From Macrostomum lignano (taxonomy: Eukaryota): 64,000 bases of DNA. Of the stretch, positions 46,716 to 60,064 are shown in pieces (positions within the stretch are counted from its first letter, which is position 1; the number at the start of each line of letters is the position of its first letter). The notes below the pieces were generated by a model. That model searched no databases and was not told the DNA's origin. It saw nothing but the letters and a program-made list of their open reading frames with translations. The DNA lies in contig NIVC01002757.1 of assembly GCA_002269645.1 (NCBI GenBank), forward strand, positions 79,040 through 143,039. The letters are read 5' to 3'. The position numbers and the translations under genes were made by a program.

Positions 46716-49033
46716 GTGAAGGACCTTGATGAAGCTGTGCAGGTTGTTATTACATTCCTTGAAGCAGGTGAAAAGTTAAGTTATAGGAGCATTGTGCAGC
46801 GATTTGGTGTTTTTCATCAAATTTTGCTTTATCACATAAGGAAGGTTTCATCTAACAAACCCCAAAAGCCTTTTAATTCACAGAAACAGGTTTTCACAGT
46901 CAAAGAGGAAGCTGTCTTTGTTGAGACATTAGCAATGCAAAGGCAGCATATCCCAATGACTAGAGTACAGGTCTTGGAAATGGCCTCTCTAGCCCTAAAG
47001 AAAATTTCTGCTTTTAGTGACAACTCAGATCAGTTTAAAAACTGTAAAAAAAGTGACGCTGACAGAAGGTTGGCTAAACTGCTTCTTTGTGTGCCACCAG
47101 AGTGTCCTGTCAATCTGGACACCTCAACCGATCAACTACACCCAATTTAGTCACTAAGAAGCAGATACTTCAGCCGCTTACTTTGCTAGAAATTCCTGCA
47201 AAGTAGTTGTTAGAAAGGGATCCAAATTTGTTTACACTAAGACAGTAGAAAAGAAAATGCTACCATCATGGTTACAATCCAGGCTTGTGATCTATGCTGC
47301 CACCGCATTTTGTTTTTGCAGGAAAGAGACATAATGTTGCGGACATTTACAACTATTCCATGACAAAGAAAGGTTGGTTGACCAGGGAGTCATTTTGGAA
47401 GTGGGTCATGGAGACATTCCTATCCTACCTAGAGTAGAAAAAAATCAGAAGACCTGTGATTTTATTTTGCAATAATTACAATTTGCAACATAATGCTTAG
47501 ATGTTGGAGCTGCTAAGCAAGGAAAATGTAAACAGGCTTTAACTGTAATCTATCTAATTATATGAGTTCCTGAAAAGTAAAAAAACTAGCTAGTATATTT
47601 TGTTTCATTCTGATCTTTCTATCAGGTATTGTATATCTTGTTTTAATTGATAATCCCTTTATCTTTTTTTCTATCAGTTGACAATTCATAGATATTTATT
47701 TAATTCTGAAATTATTAAACAGGTCTACATTTTTGGCCAAGTCCCAAACACAATGCATGTAATGCAGCCTTTGGATGTTGCAGTCTTTTGATCAGTTAAG
47801 GCTGCTTGGAACAATCTCATTGCGCAGCAAGCGAGGCTAGATTCAGCTGGAGTTCTGTGTAATATGGACTTTATACAACTGTTTTTGTCTTCTTTGGCTG
47901 AGTCAGCCTCCATTACCAATGTAAAGTCTGGGTTTCGAGTGTGTGGCCTCTTTCCATTCAACCTAGAAGCCTTATTATATGACAAGTTGTATGTTGCCTC
48001 CAGTTTGGCCAGCCAGCAAGTGGGTGCAACTGCGACAATGACTGCCCAAGGCCATGGCAAGGCATCGAGCGGCAATGCCACCTTGGCTGTCCAAGGCGAT
48101 GGCGAGGTGCCAAGCAGCAATGTCACCTTAGCTGTCTAAGGTGATGGCGAGGCACCGAGCTGCTTAGTGAGCACCACTAGCATTGATTTAGATGCCGATC
48201 AAAGTGCTATCTCTCTGACTCTAAAGTCTTCACCGAATTCAACACTTGAAATTTTACGTTCAGTGGCTCGCCAATACAACCATCCTGAAATGTTGTAGCC
48301 TAAGCCAAAAGCTAATCAGCCTAAGCGACAGCGGCCTTCAATTGCGAGGGAAGCGGGCATGCCTAAATTGACCAGCCCAAAGTTTCTGGAAGTTCTTCGT
48401 CAAAGAGAAATCCAAAAGCGAGAAATCGACAATTGGCACAATTAAAATGCCAAGGAGTGCTAGCTGAAATGAAAAAAAAACAAGGCCACAGCAGCACAGC
48501 AGTGGCAGCTACAGAAGATGGCCCAGATTAGAAGTCTCAATCCAGTGGCTGAATTGCAGAATGCAAAATCTAAACTGCGCTTAATTGGCAAGAGGCTAGG
48601 GTGCATCTTGGGTGATGCTGCTGCTGATAGCAATTGCTTTTTTGACTCTATTTGCCAACTGCTTTCCCAGGAAGGCATTGTTGAAAACCCTATAAGACTC
48701 CACACTTTGGCATGCACCAAACTAATAAACCCAGAATTTTTTAAAGTTTCTAAAGACTTCAACGAATCTGGCATGAATCTGATTACCTACCTGGACAACA
48801 TGCGAAAGCCAACTTCCTACATTGAGAATATTGTAGTACTGTCTACTAGCCATATATTAAAGTGTGAAATTCATATTTTCCTACCCACTGCATTGAAAAA
48901 GTCAAGAACTTGCATGCCGCATCAAAGCCATCTATAGAGAGTTATTGAACCATTGCAGACAAAGCCAACCAGTGGTCCTCTACTGGTGGCTCACATTGCA
49001 GAACATCATTACATGCCGCTTTTGTCTATATAG
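46716..49033 (+). pseudogene. Decayed pogo/Tigger-type (HTH + DDE_1) transposase continuing in frame into an OTU-like cysteine protease domain
   Basis: N-terminal HTH-like ORF 46716-47150; KKGWLTRESF; IRRPVILF; probable intron ~47527-47722; PNTMHVMQPLDVAVF*SVKAAW; VKSGFRVCGLFPFN; LTSPKFLEVLRQRE; then in the same frame GDAAADSNCFFDSI...YLDNMRK...LVAHIAEHHYMPL. Confidence 0.75.
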
Positions 49034-49309
49034 TGCGCCAGCTTAGGTTCTGCCACAGGGCCAAGTGATTTAAGAATACATACTAATTATAAATAAATAA
49101 TTTACCGACTGACCAACTGACCTCACCGACTTGAGCTCCAGTGCATTTGCGGCTGGCGAGTCCCTTGGCTGTCTCTGGCATCTGACAGTTAACCATTGTC
49201 AGGAGATTCAATGAGCACATTCTGACATCATCGGAATTTAAGATCCGAAAAAAAATTTGGTCAAATATTTATTATGAAATCTTGTCAATAAGCATCCTAC
49301 AACTAATTG

Positions 49310-49885
49310 CACTCACTATACTTCCTGTACCATCCTGACCATCTGGATGACCATTGGGACCTTCAACAGATATGTCCATTGGACTTCTAGCAGTCTAGCA
49401 TATACTTTGGCTAGAAATTCTTGATCAAGCCTCACCAATGAGCAACATGACACTACCTGTCGCACTCACTATACTTCCTGCACCATCCCGACCATCTGAA
49501 CAACTATTGGGACCTTCAACGGATGTATCCATCGGACTTCTGGCAGTCTAGCATATACTTTGGCTAGAAATTCTTGATCAAGCCTTACCAATGAGCAATG
49601 TGAGACTCCTTGTTGCACTGACTATACTTCCTGCACCATCCCAACTGTCTAAACGACCATTGTGACTTTTAATGGATATGTCCATCGGACTTCTGGCAGT
49701 CTAGCATATACTTTGGCTAGAAATTCTTGATCAAGCCTCACCAATAAGCAACGTGAAACTCCCTGTTACACTCATTATACTTCTTGCACTATCCCGACCA
49801 TCTGAACGACTGTTGGGACTTTTAACGGAAGTGTCTATCGGACTTCTGGCAGTCTAGCATATACTTTGGCTAGAAATTCTTGATC
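49310..49885. repeat. 153-bp tandem repeat, about 4 copies
   Basis: Units start at 49310, 49463, 49616 and 49769. Confidence 0.9.
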
Positions 49886-50529
49886 AATGAGCACCCTAGC
49901 ACTCTAAGCGTGCAACTAAACTAATGAGCAACCTGCAAACCACTGCAATCACACCTAGTCATTTTGCACTGTTTTGCTTATCAATTGTTAAGAAAAATGT
50001 CCAAGGATCAATTTGAAAAAAAACAGAGTCACACAAAAGAAAGTGCTTGTGAATTGTTCTTAAAACTGGTGCAACAAAGTAAAGTAGCTTTGGAACTGTG
50101 TCATTGAATAAACAGTCTAATAAACATAGAATAAACTGTTGTAAAGGAATAAACAGTCTGCAATGATCTACAATAAACAGCATGCAATGGTGTACATAGC
50201 AAAACCAAAAGTGTACACAGCAAGGCCTCCACTTTTTTTTATTCACCGCCATGTCTTGTCCCACTGGAACTCATAAACCTGCCTTTGTGCCTGTCATTAA
50301 ATGTGCAAGTTGCACAGTAAAAGAATTGTTTCCACTGTGACAACAATCAAAATTTCAGTCTGAAATTAGACCATAACTGTTATAAGAGCATTTCGAATTT
50401 CTACTGCAAATGTTGGCAGTTTTAAGCATAAAGCATAATTTAGACAAAACTAGGTACATCTTTTAGTGTAAAAGTCTGAGTGAGTAAAAGAAAGTGACAA
50501 TAAAAGTTTATAGATTATAATGGTACTTA

Positions 50530-50680
50530 CAAGCAGTCGAAGCAAAAATAACATGTGTCATGCACTTTGCATGCCATGTGCGAGCTGCAAAGACCTTTGT
50601 CACAGACATAGCACCATCAACGTTTGCCTACATTTTGTGTAGCTTCCTTACCACAAGTCACACAAATTCATTCCCTGTCA
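50530..50680 (-). pseudogene. Cys-rich zinc-binding C-terminal remnant, probably from a transposase
   Basis: ICVTCGKE..KR*WCYVCDKGLCSSHMACKVHDTCYFCFDCL* resembles piggyBac-type Cys-rich tails. Confidence 0.35.
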
Positions 50681-51624
50681 TATCGTGGTGAACTTGTGGG
50701 GCAGGTGTGTCTGCTGCATTTCCACCCATTATGCTACGCAAGTAGCATACGCAACTACGCAAGGACTACAAAATTTCTTGTTTTTGCCAAACTGCTTTAA
50801 ATACCTTGCCTATGTAGTATATGCATCATATCTTGCTTCTTTACTGCGACAATTTCTGTATCTCTTGCACCAAGAAATAAAGTTTCTGATTTCTTTCTTG
50901 CGTACACCATTCCTGGATAAATACTCCTATAAAACGGTCTTGTCAGAGGTTGGAAAGCTCATTTTAGCGGCACAAAAATGGAAAAGAAAACTAAACATGT
51001 TAGATTGTGTCCTTTTGCTTGCATGTAGAAACTTAATAAATGATAGTGGAATTCTAAGTGACAAACTTTTAACTTTTAGTCAGTCAGTAGATGTTGTTGT
51101 TATTATTCCTTTTAACAATTTTTTGGACATTGGTGAAGTTAATTTAGTCATTAGCCAGCTTAGTCCTAGAAAAGTAACTTTGATTTAGTCAGCAGTTGTG
51201 GTTTGCCATAGACTATAGTTACCTATTACCTTACTTACTTCACTTATTGCTGTTTCTTTGCACTTTAAAAAACATAATTCGCATTTCAAGAGTTGATTGA
51301 ATCTGTTCGGATGGCTTTTTACCATAGACAGCAAGAGATACCTCCTACTTATCTGCAAAATTCATTTACTGTCTTGACTGAAAGACAGAACTTACACCAT
51401 AGACAATAAATGCTTGTGGCCAGAGGAGGACGATATAATCTAAAGAGTGAATTTAACTTGCAATTTTTCAAGTCACCCTGCCACTCTGCTGAGGATACCT
51501 CTGCACTTTGCCTTAAGATTTTGCAAAACTTTCAGTGTATAGCAGATTCAAGTTTTAGCTTATCTGCTCTGCTTTCTAGTAAAGTAAACATTGCTGACTG
51601 AGCAACCTGGACTAAAGGACGCAT

Positions 51625-52260
51625 TTGGCTATATTTCTATTTAACAACTACTCAATGGCTGATGCCAGCAGCAATATTCTGTCCGAGGATGAATTCATCC
51701 TGGATCCTGAAAACTTTGTTCAGCGAAGGGCCATTTTTCCAGTGCGTGCAGAGACTATCAATTGGACTGACATGCCACCAAGGTCAAGAAAGTGGCCAAG
51801 CGACAAGGTGCCTTGTCTGAGAGACGAATTGAACCCTTCAATCAACTGGCAAGCAATTGGTCAAACAGAACGCAATGTTGTGATAGGCTTCTTTGATTCG
51901 GAGATGACGAACAAAAATCTTTGGGAGAGCCATGAGGACAGTTTTGAACTAGTAGACAGGATTGAAATAGAAGGAATCATAGGCGTTTTGCTCTACTGCG
52001 GTTGCAACAACCTCAGTAATGTTTTGGTCCACAATTTATGGAGCATGGATGTAAAATCTGGATACCATTCTTTGCTACTGTGTGCTTTTAGCAGGGATCA
52101 ATTTGAAATGATTTGGCGCAATTTATGCTTCGACATGGCCAAAAACTAGATGCAAACTGCAGCATATGACAGTATGTATGGAGTCAGGAGACTGTGGGAC
52201 TCTTTTGTGTCTCGCCTGCAGGTTCTAGTACTCCCTAGGTTGTATCTATGTATTGATCTG
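51625..52260 (+). pseudogene. piggyBac-type (DDE_Tnp_1_7) transposase remnant
   Basis: EIEGIIGVLLYCG...NLWS...FSRDQFEMIWRNLCFD...*...YDSMYGVRRLWDSF...PRLYLCID matches the piggyBac N-terminal catalytic region. Confidence 0.7.
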
Positions 52261-54451
52261 ATTTGATTGAAAGCTCCTCATTTCTTGAGAATCGCTGAAT
52301 ATTGCTGAATCCATTGTTGGGTTCAAGAGTTATGGTGTGGATAACTTTTTGGGTATTTGAAATACCCCCCTCATTGGCATCTATGCAATGGAAAAATAGA
52401 AATGGAAAAATATTTTAAGAAAAATCTTAAAGTGCAGTAAAATAATTTGACTTTTTTTCTAAAGTGCCTATCCACAAGTTTTCCACACTCCAGATCATGT
52501 AGTATTGTAGTATATGTCTCAAAATTTGGGTGTGCATTGGCCTTGCACACCAAAATTAGGCGTGCATCACTCCTGAGAAGATAGTATACATGCACACTTG
52601 GCGTGCACTTTATAGAATCACGTGTAAGAGTTATTGTGAAGTAAAAAAAGATGAAAAAGTTTTTTTTCAAACTTTCAAGCTTTTATTTCAAGCTTTCTAG
52701 TTTTTTCAAGCTTGTGAAAGGGCCATGTGTGTAAAAATTTTCTGCTATAAATAGTATCGCCAAAAAAGCATAAAAAGCAACTGGTAATAGAGGTCTATTA
52801 TGCAATTTAAAAAAATTATTTTATTGTCACAATGTAAAAAAGGTCATTTATTGTTGCAAAACCAACATATTTTTGGAAATGGGCATGCACTACATTTTTT
52901 TCAGCATGCATTTGTAATTATTCAATTTTTGTTTGGGCATGCACCTAGCATGATCTAGACTATGGCAAGTTTTCAACATTTATTCCAATAGACAGCATGC
53001 GGAATGTTTAATGACTAGGGCCTACTATATATTAGTTATTGTAATTGTAAAGAAACCTGATGACACACATTTCTGGTCGTGTGTATCTCTAAAAGTTTCT
53101 AGACCTCTCAATTCTGCCAATTGAGATATACAGGTACAAGTAGGCCTAGGCTCATAAATTTGCAAGAGTTGAGGTTATAGACATTATGATTTATAATTTC
53201 TATTGAATATGAGTTCAATACAAATGATGGTATATAAACAAGGAAATAGGCCTACTTCTATTAGCAAATCAAAAGTATAAATTAATGTTTCTAAATAAGC
53301 TCTAAGTTCCTTCATATGGGCCAATAGCTAAGCATAAATATAATACTTATAGTTATAGTTTAGGATATTTATAAAATCGAATATAGCTAGGCCAAAAGCT
53401 AGAGTATGAATAAAATAGCTAGTATAACAGTGGTCTAGATTGTAGCTAGGCTGACTTATATACAAATAGTGGCTCCTTTCTTCTTATTAATATTTATATA
53501 TTATTAATACTTGCAACAACAATATCATGTTGCAAGTAGGGCCTAATTATTTATAGAGAAAATGTGATATCTTGAATAGTTTTGTGCTAATCCTAAATAG
53601 CTAGGCCAAATTCAGTCCAACTTCAGTATGTTTGCAGTCCAACAATAACCACTACATAAGTTTATATATCATAAATAATAACTTATACATTGCACCCTTC
53701 TATATATAAATGTAGAGAAGTAGACAGCACGGGCTCTAGTTTTGTGTTATCAATAGACTACAATAATAAATTTGAAACACGCCAAATACTGCCTAAAGGA
53801 AACTATATATTCCGCTTTTAATCGAGAGAAAATCATGTCGTGATTGCAGTCGACATGATAACTGTCGGATCTTAACGTAAGAAAGTTGTAGCTCTTCACC
53901 CGATTTCGTCAACCTCGAGGTACCATGGCTATGGCGGTACCGGTAATCTGTTTAATTTTAGCGCGCTTTTTAACAAAATTAAAAAAACTAAAATAATGTT
54001 TGACTTAATAATACTTAAATATAAAAACTTGTCTAAACATTAATAGCATAAAAAAAGTTTAAGTTATATATTTTTCAAATTCTCTTTTATTGTTTTTGTT
54101 TTAACTATTACGTACAGAGTTGTAGTTTAACCTATGAATTTCAAAGAAACCATGGCTTTTATTAGAATAAATATTTTGCTGTATTGGTACCTACCTCAAA
54201 CGCTCAAAGTATGGTATGGTATGGCCACGGACAAATTCACGGCACTATGTTACAGCACCAATTCAAACTTAAAAATGATATCAGGAAACAAACTGGAAGA
54301 TCACCATAACCACATAATAAATATCGTAGTTATAAAAAGTCATGTAATTGCAAATCTAATATACTAAAAATGAAATGCTTGGTTGCTTGCTTGTAATTGA
54401 TTCTTGTCCTAAATCTTAAGATCTCATAACCGAGATTGAAATTTCAAAAAG

Positions 54452-55411
54452 TGTCAAGATCTTGGCATTCTTTCGTTTTACGATCCCCATTCTTAGGCAC
54501 TTTCGTTATACGATCCCCGTGTAAAATACGCAGTCAAAGAATAGAAATCAGACGAAACGTTATCCATGAGTCAAAGGCACTGCATTAAGGCAGTTTCAAT
54601 TGATGTCTATTTGAAGTGGAGTTCAACCAAAAAGAGGCAAACAAAGCCTCGAAAATATTCATGGCAAGAGGGATGTCTCTATATTCACTTTGGTTATATT
54701 ATACAATCATTTAAATGGAGGAAATGTATGCAAAGGGATCGGATAACAAAACTTGGGCTTTTCATCAAATTCCCCCAAGTCGAAAATTTGTTTGCAGGGG
54801 ATTGTATATCAAAAATGAAATCAAGGTATCGCACTTTTAGGTGAAATAAAGATAGTTCATACTATCTAATAATTCCATGCTTGACCCCCCCCTGTACTTT
54901 CGTTTTACAATCCCCTTACAGTAGGCCTATAGACAACATTTTTTACGTTGTTGGGGATCATATAACAAAAGTGAGGGTGGTTTAAAAAAAGAGAAGGGAG
55001 GAACGCCAGAAAAAAATCATGGTTTACTTTTGTGGAATCTACATCAGGTAGCCTAGACAAGGGGTTAATAAATAAGGTACAATCCCTTGCAAACAATTTT
55101 TCAACTTGGGGGGATTGTATTAAGCCTACAAAATTGATGAAAAGCCCAAGTTTTGTTATCTGATCCCTTTCCATACATTTCCTCCATTTGAATGATCATA
55201 TAACAAAAGTGAATATAGATATGTCCCTACTCTTGCCAAGAATTGTGGCTTACAATTGAATAGGGTAGGCCCTAATTGAACTTCAAATATACTCTATTGA
55301 TATGCAAACAAGACTCGTATCTTTTACATAGGGGATCATATAATGAAAGTGCCATGTTCTATAGAAAAAATATAAGGGGATTGTAAACAAAAGAATGCCA
55401 AGATCTTGACA
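54452..55411. mobile_element. Foldback-like MITE (~960 bp) with long imperfect inverted arms
   Basis: TGTCAAGATCTTGGCATTCTTT at 54452 matches its reverse complement ending ~55411; the inner arms ~54650-54810 and ~55075-55250 are also inverted. Confidence 0.7.
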
Positions 55412-55760
55412 ATCAAGATTAAGACCTTGTCTGACCTTAAATTTTAATAGGAATATTATTTTGTCTTGATTGCATTGGCCAGCCTAGCTAGCCTTAGCTA
55501 AGCCTAGCTAGAGATTCAGTTAGGAATCCTTATGATGTCAAGGCTTATAGGGAATTGCTATAATGCTGTAGTGCTATAATGATTGTTACATGCCTTTTGG
55601 CTCTCTATGAAAATTCCACCATTATGCCACCAAGTTGTTACAGTGGTAATTCCTATACACTGAGAATCTCATCACTGAGACACCAAAGTTGTCCTAGAGT
55701 TTACTTCTGTCCTCCAATTATCCTACTAATTGCCACCAAAGTTATAACAGGGGTTATTTT

Positions 55761-56460
55761 TAGAGGTCGGATGGGATCCCGATCCTGAAATCTCGGGATC
55801 CCGAAAAAAATTGAATTCCCACGGGACCAGAATCCCAACCCTAAAAAACTCGGGATTCAGGAACAGGTCTTTTGATTAAAAATTTATAGAATTAGTGATT
55901 ACTTGAAGGTATTTTGATTTAACTTGTACTTGTTACATACATGCGCAACAGTCGGCCGAGTCGGCCGATCCGGCCGACTGATTTGGTGACCAACCAAGGA
56001 AGTCGCAAAAATGCCCACCCGAAAAAATACCTAAGTAGTAGTACTAAGTAGCTGACGAGGCATTTTTGGTTAATAAGACAGTCATAGTTACTCCTGCCGT
56101 TTACCCAAAGTTGCGTTAATTTTGCTTTAGGGTTTTTTTTACATGTAAGTCGCATTTCTGGCCAAAAACTATGTCGCATTTTTGTTAAAACTAAGTCGCA
56201 CGGCCGACCGAATTTTGGAGGTTGCGCATGTATGACTTGTTATATTATTTACTTTGTCTTTGTTGGTTACAAAACTTCATATCAATTTCGTTGTGTTTTA
56301 CTTCTTGATCTTGACAATATTTTCTCAATTTTGTTTAACTTTACATGGACAAAACGCTAAAAGACCTGATCCCAATTCTCGAATCCCGATCCCGATCCTG
56401 AGAAAAAAATTATTCCCAATCCCGATCCCACCCGAAGATTTCAGTCCCGTCCGACCTCTA
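55761..56460. mobile_element. hAT-like MITE (TIR TAGAGGTCGGA(C/T)GGGA)
   Basis: TIRs at both ends; the 8-bp flanks GTTATTTT and ATTATTTC match at 6 of 8 positions. Confidence 0.7.
55936..56234. mobile_element. hAT-like MITE nested in the previous element (TIR CATACATGCGCAAC)
   Basis: 14-bp perfect TIR; perfect 8-bp TSD ACTTGTTA at 55928-55935 and 56235-56242. Confidence 0.88.
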
Positions 56461-59400
56461 ATTATTTCTTCTTATTAATCTTACTGGTTATTACTTGCCT
56501 TTTACTAGTACTGCATGTACTTCTATTAGTAGCATATGTACTTTTATTGGTAGTGTATGTACTTTTATTGGTAGCATATGTACTTTTGTTGTACTTTCTG
56601 GCCTGAGCAGTCTTTAGGCACTGTCTATCCTATCCCTATATTCTAAATATATTATTCTCAGTCCTGGCCGTTCCCAGGATCAGAGGGTCATAGTGTACTT
56701 TGCTGGGTTTTCCTGCCCTGAGGTGGGTTTTTCAGACTCTGAGTCTGGACTTCTCTACCCTATAGTAGGATTCCTGCCTTCTAAAGGCAATTTCTCATAT
56801 TCTAGATCTAGATTTCTTGTTCTTCTGAGAATGGTTTGGACTCTCCCAATTTTAGGGCTTCTTAATAACTAAGTCAGTAAGTATTGAACAAGGCTTCAAT
56901 TTCGAGATACTAGAGCAATTTTAAGCTTGAAGCAAGCAGCAGACGAGTTGGTTTCCTTCTGATTCTGCTCATGTATTTATACTCCTTTTTCAGTTTGGTT
57001 TTAAACGAATAAAATTTCATAACATTCATAATATTTACAATATTACCAATATTACACTCATTAAAACAAAAATTAGCCTAGTTTCAAATACAATACTTCT
57101 AAGAAAACAAGCGGGGCTAAATAAGGCCTATCTCATGACTCTTGACAAGAATTATTAAGATGTCAATACTTTAGGGTTAGGCTAAGGTTAGTGTTTGGGC
57201 TAAAAGGCTAGGGTTAGAAGGTTGACAGATTTTTTTAAGATTTCAAGGCTTATGGGGGCATTGCTAAGTTGTCAAGGGGGGGGGGGGTTTATATGTTAAG
57301 GCTTGTGGGAGAACTGCTGATATGTCAAGGCTTACAAGGGACCCATTATGCAGATGGTAAGGTGTACGCCAGAAAGAAAAGTCTAATTGTTATAATAGCT
57401 CGTATATATGAACTTGTAATTTTAGCTTTAAAATATATTGATTGTCACCCTTTGATTGTCATCCTTCGACTATCGTCTTTCTGACTATTGCCTTTTGCTT
57501 TTTGATCTGCTATCTTTTTGACTTATAATCAAAGTACATATGCAGTTTATATTAAAATGTGCATATGGGATAAATTGTTTTAGTTAGATAGGTCTAATGA
57601 GGTTGTCATTATTTTGGTAGATATATTTGGTAGACTATTCCAATTGGTTTCAACCCACTTTGACAAGGTATTTTTGGCAAAAGTCAATAACCCCAAAATA
57701 TTTTTTGCAATGACCATTTTGTATAAACCTGGCTATTTTGGCAAACAATTTATTAAAATTGATTTAAGCTTTGTCAAAGAGTTTTTGTTATTTTAGAAAA
57801 AAAGTCAAAATGAAAAAAGACAAACTTTATGAAAATTATTTTTATTGTTATGTATTTTTATTTTATGGCAATCTTAATATTTTAATAATAAAATATTGTT
57901 TTATTAGGTGCCATTTTATTATAGTCACATTTCAAAGTATGATTCAAGAACTAGAACTGAACAACCTTAATCTAAATAAGCTATCTTTTACTTTTATCAT
58001 TATTGTATTATTCAAATTTGGACTAGTCTCAAGTATGCAACTAATAACTAGTAACTAGCTATACTTTAGATTTAGATTATATTGAATGCATACCAGAGAA
58101 TATACTAGAACTAGAACTAAAAATATATATTGCACTCCAAATACAATGTATACTAGAAAGTTCTAGCATGAATGACATCTTCTAGAGTGTGAATAGTTGC
58201 TTGTTTCATCTATAGACTGTTTTGGTCACAGATTTAATCTTTAATTAATCACTAAATTTACTTAGGCCTTAAGTTAATTTGGTCATACATTAGTTTAGCC
58301 CCTATTTATTACCAAGGCTATAAATATTAATGAAATATGTATTATGACTATTTCTTAGTAAAATACTATGAGTACATTAGATTATTGCTTTTATATTATG
58401 TAGTCACATGATAAAAAAATAATGGCTACATCCTTTTTAGAAAAAATGATTGTTAAGAATATATGCTAAGCTATCTAAAGTATTAATGTCTATTTGTTTC
58501 ATATTATAAGTAAATATATATGTAAAATATTACTTTCAATCTGTAGTAAATACTTTGTTTTAAAATGCATAATTTTGAAACAGTGAAATAATAGCTAAAC
58601 ATACTATAATGTAGTAGGGCATAATATTGGAATAGGTTATAAATATGCTTTTACACTACTGTCAGTAGTTTCAGTCAGGAAAAGTAATTATAGTGAAATA
58701 AAAAATTCAAATTTTGGGCTTCTTCATAATTACTAAGCAGTTGGAGTTCTGGGAAGAGAAACTTGCATGTATGTTATGGTTTTAGACAATTCAGCATAGG
58801 ATATAGAAGGTAAGACTGGTGATATGAGCAAGGATACATAGAACTATTAAAGGTAGTCAATGCTATAACAATGCACTACAAGGAGTCTTTGCCTAAATAA
58901 CATTGTACAACTGAGGGTTAATTATTGTATTAACTATTGCATGCTTAATTATTTTCTTTCTTTTCCAATTTTTGGAGTAAATAAATTCATTGGTGTTCTG
59001 ACTCAATTCATTAATCACTAACATAGGATTTGAGAATATCAGGAGCCTGGTGGCAACACTCTACCAAAACTCAACCTGGTTATATCCACTAAGCCATAAT
59101 AAACCAATAGCCAAACCTGCAAGGTCACACTAGTCCAATGTATACTACTGATTTTAAGTAAGATACTAGATAAAAAGCATAGTAGATAAGTACCTCTTAA
59201 GTACAATAATAAGAAGGCCATGACTCTCTTATCTAGTAATAACTTATTCCAGATAGCTAAATACCTAGATAATCTAAGATACATTTACTAGAAGAATTTA
59301 TTAAGAAATATATATGAGAATTTCTAGGTTAATAAAAGAATGAACTCTGTAGTATATAACACTATTTAAGAATGTACTTAGACTTCTCATTAGATTTATG

Positions 59401-60064
59401 TTTGAAATTTATTTAGTCATATGATAGAAAGAACAGCTATATCATAAAAATGGATCATTAAGTATATATGCTAGGCTATTCAAAATTAGTGTACAAAGTC
59501 TTTTAATCTTTAGTTTTGTTTTGTATTTTAACTTTTTATTTATTCATGTTATTTCTATATAAATTGTGATGAGTATAATCACCATAAAAATTATGTAATT
59601 GTTTGTTTATCTTTTATATATTGCTCACCTACTATAAGTAGTGTGCCTGCAATTTGCAATGGCTTGATATTACTATTTATACAAGAATTTAGTTTATTTC
59701 ATTGTTATTTTTTTCAATAAACTTTTCATGTTTTTTGCACATTGTGCATTATACTATGTTTATTTGTTGCATTAGAGTAATCATTTTCTATGTATAAAGT
59801 TATTTGCATAGGTTTATAACAGTAATAGCAATAATACAAATATTTAATTTTTGGTGTATTTGTTAGAATAAAAAGAAAGAAGCAAAAAGTATTTTTCTAA
59901 ACATTTACCAACTATGAGATTATTCATGCTGCTAAAATATGTATAAATTTGTTGTTTCAACTGTACAATTGTTAAATATTTTTGAAGAAGTGTAATATCT
60001 TTGATATGCACTGTACCAAACAGATTTCTGCATTGTATTCCCGATTCATAGCTGCAGTCCCAGT

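Noticed and set aside
57168-57220. Telomere-like TTAGGG motifs
   Set aside because: Only a few degenerate units, not enough for an interstitial telomeric array.
57600-59900. Possible decayed LINE or LTR coding sequence
   Set aside because: No RT, RNase H or endonuclease motif could be read with confidence.
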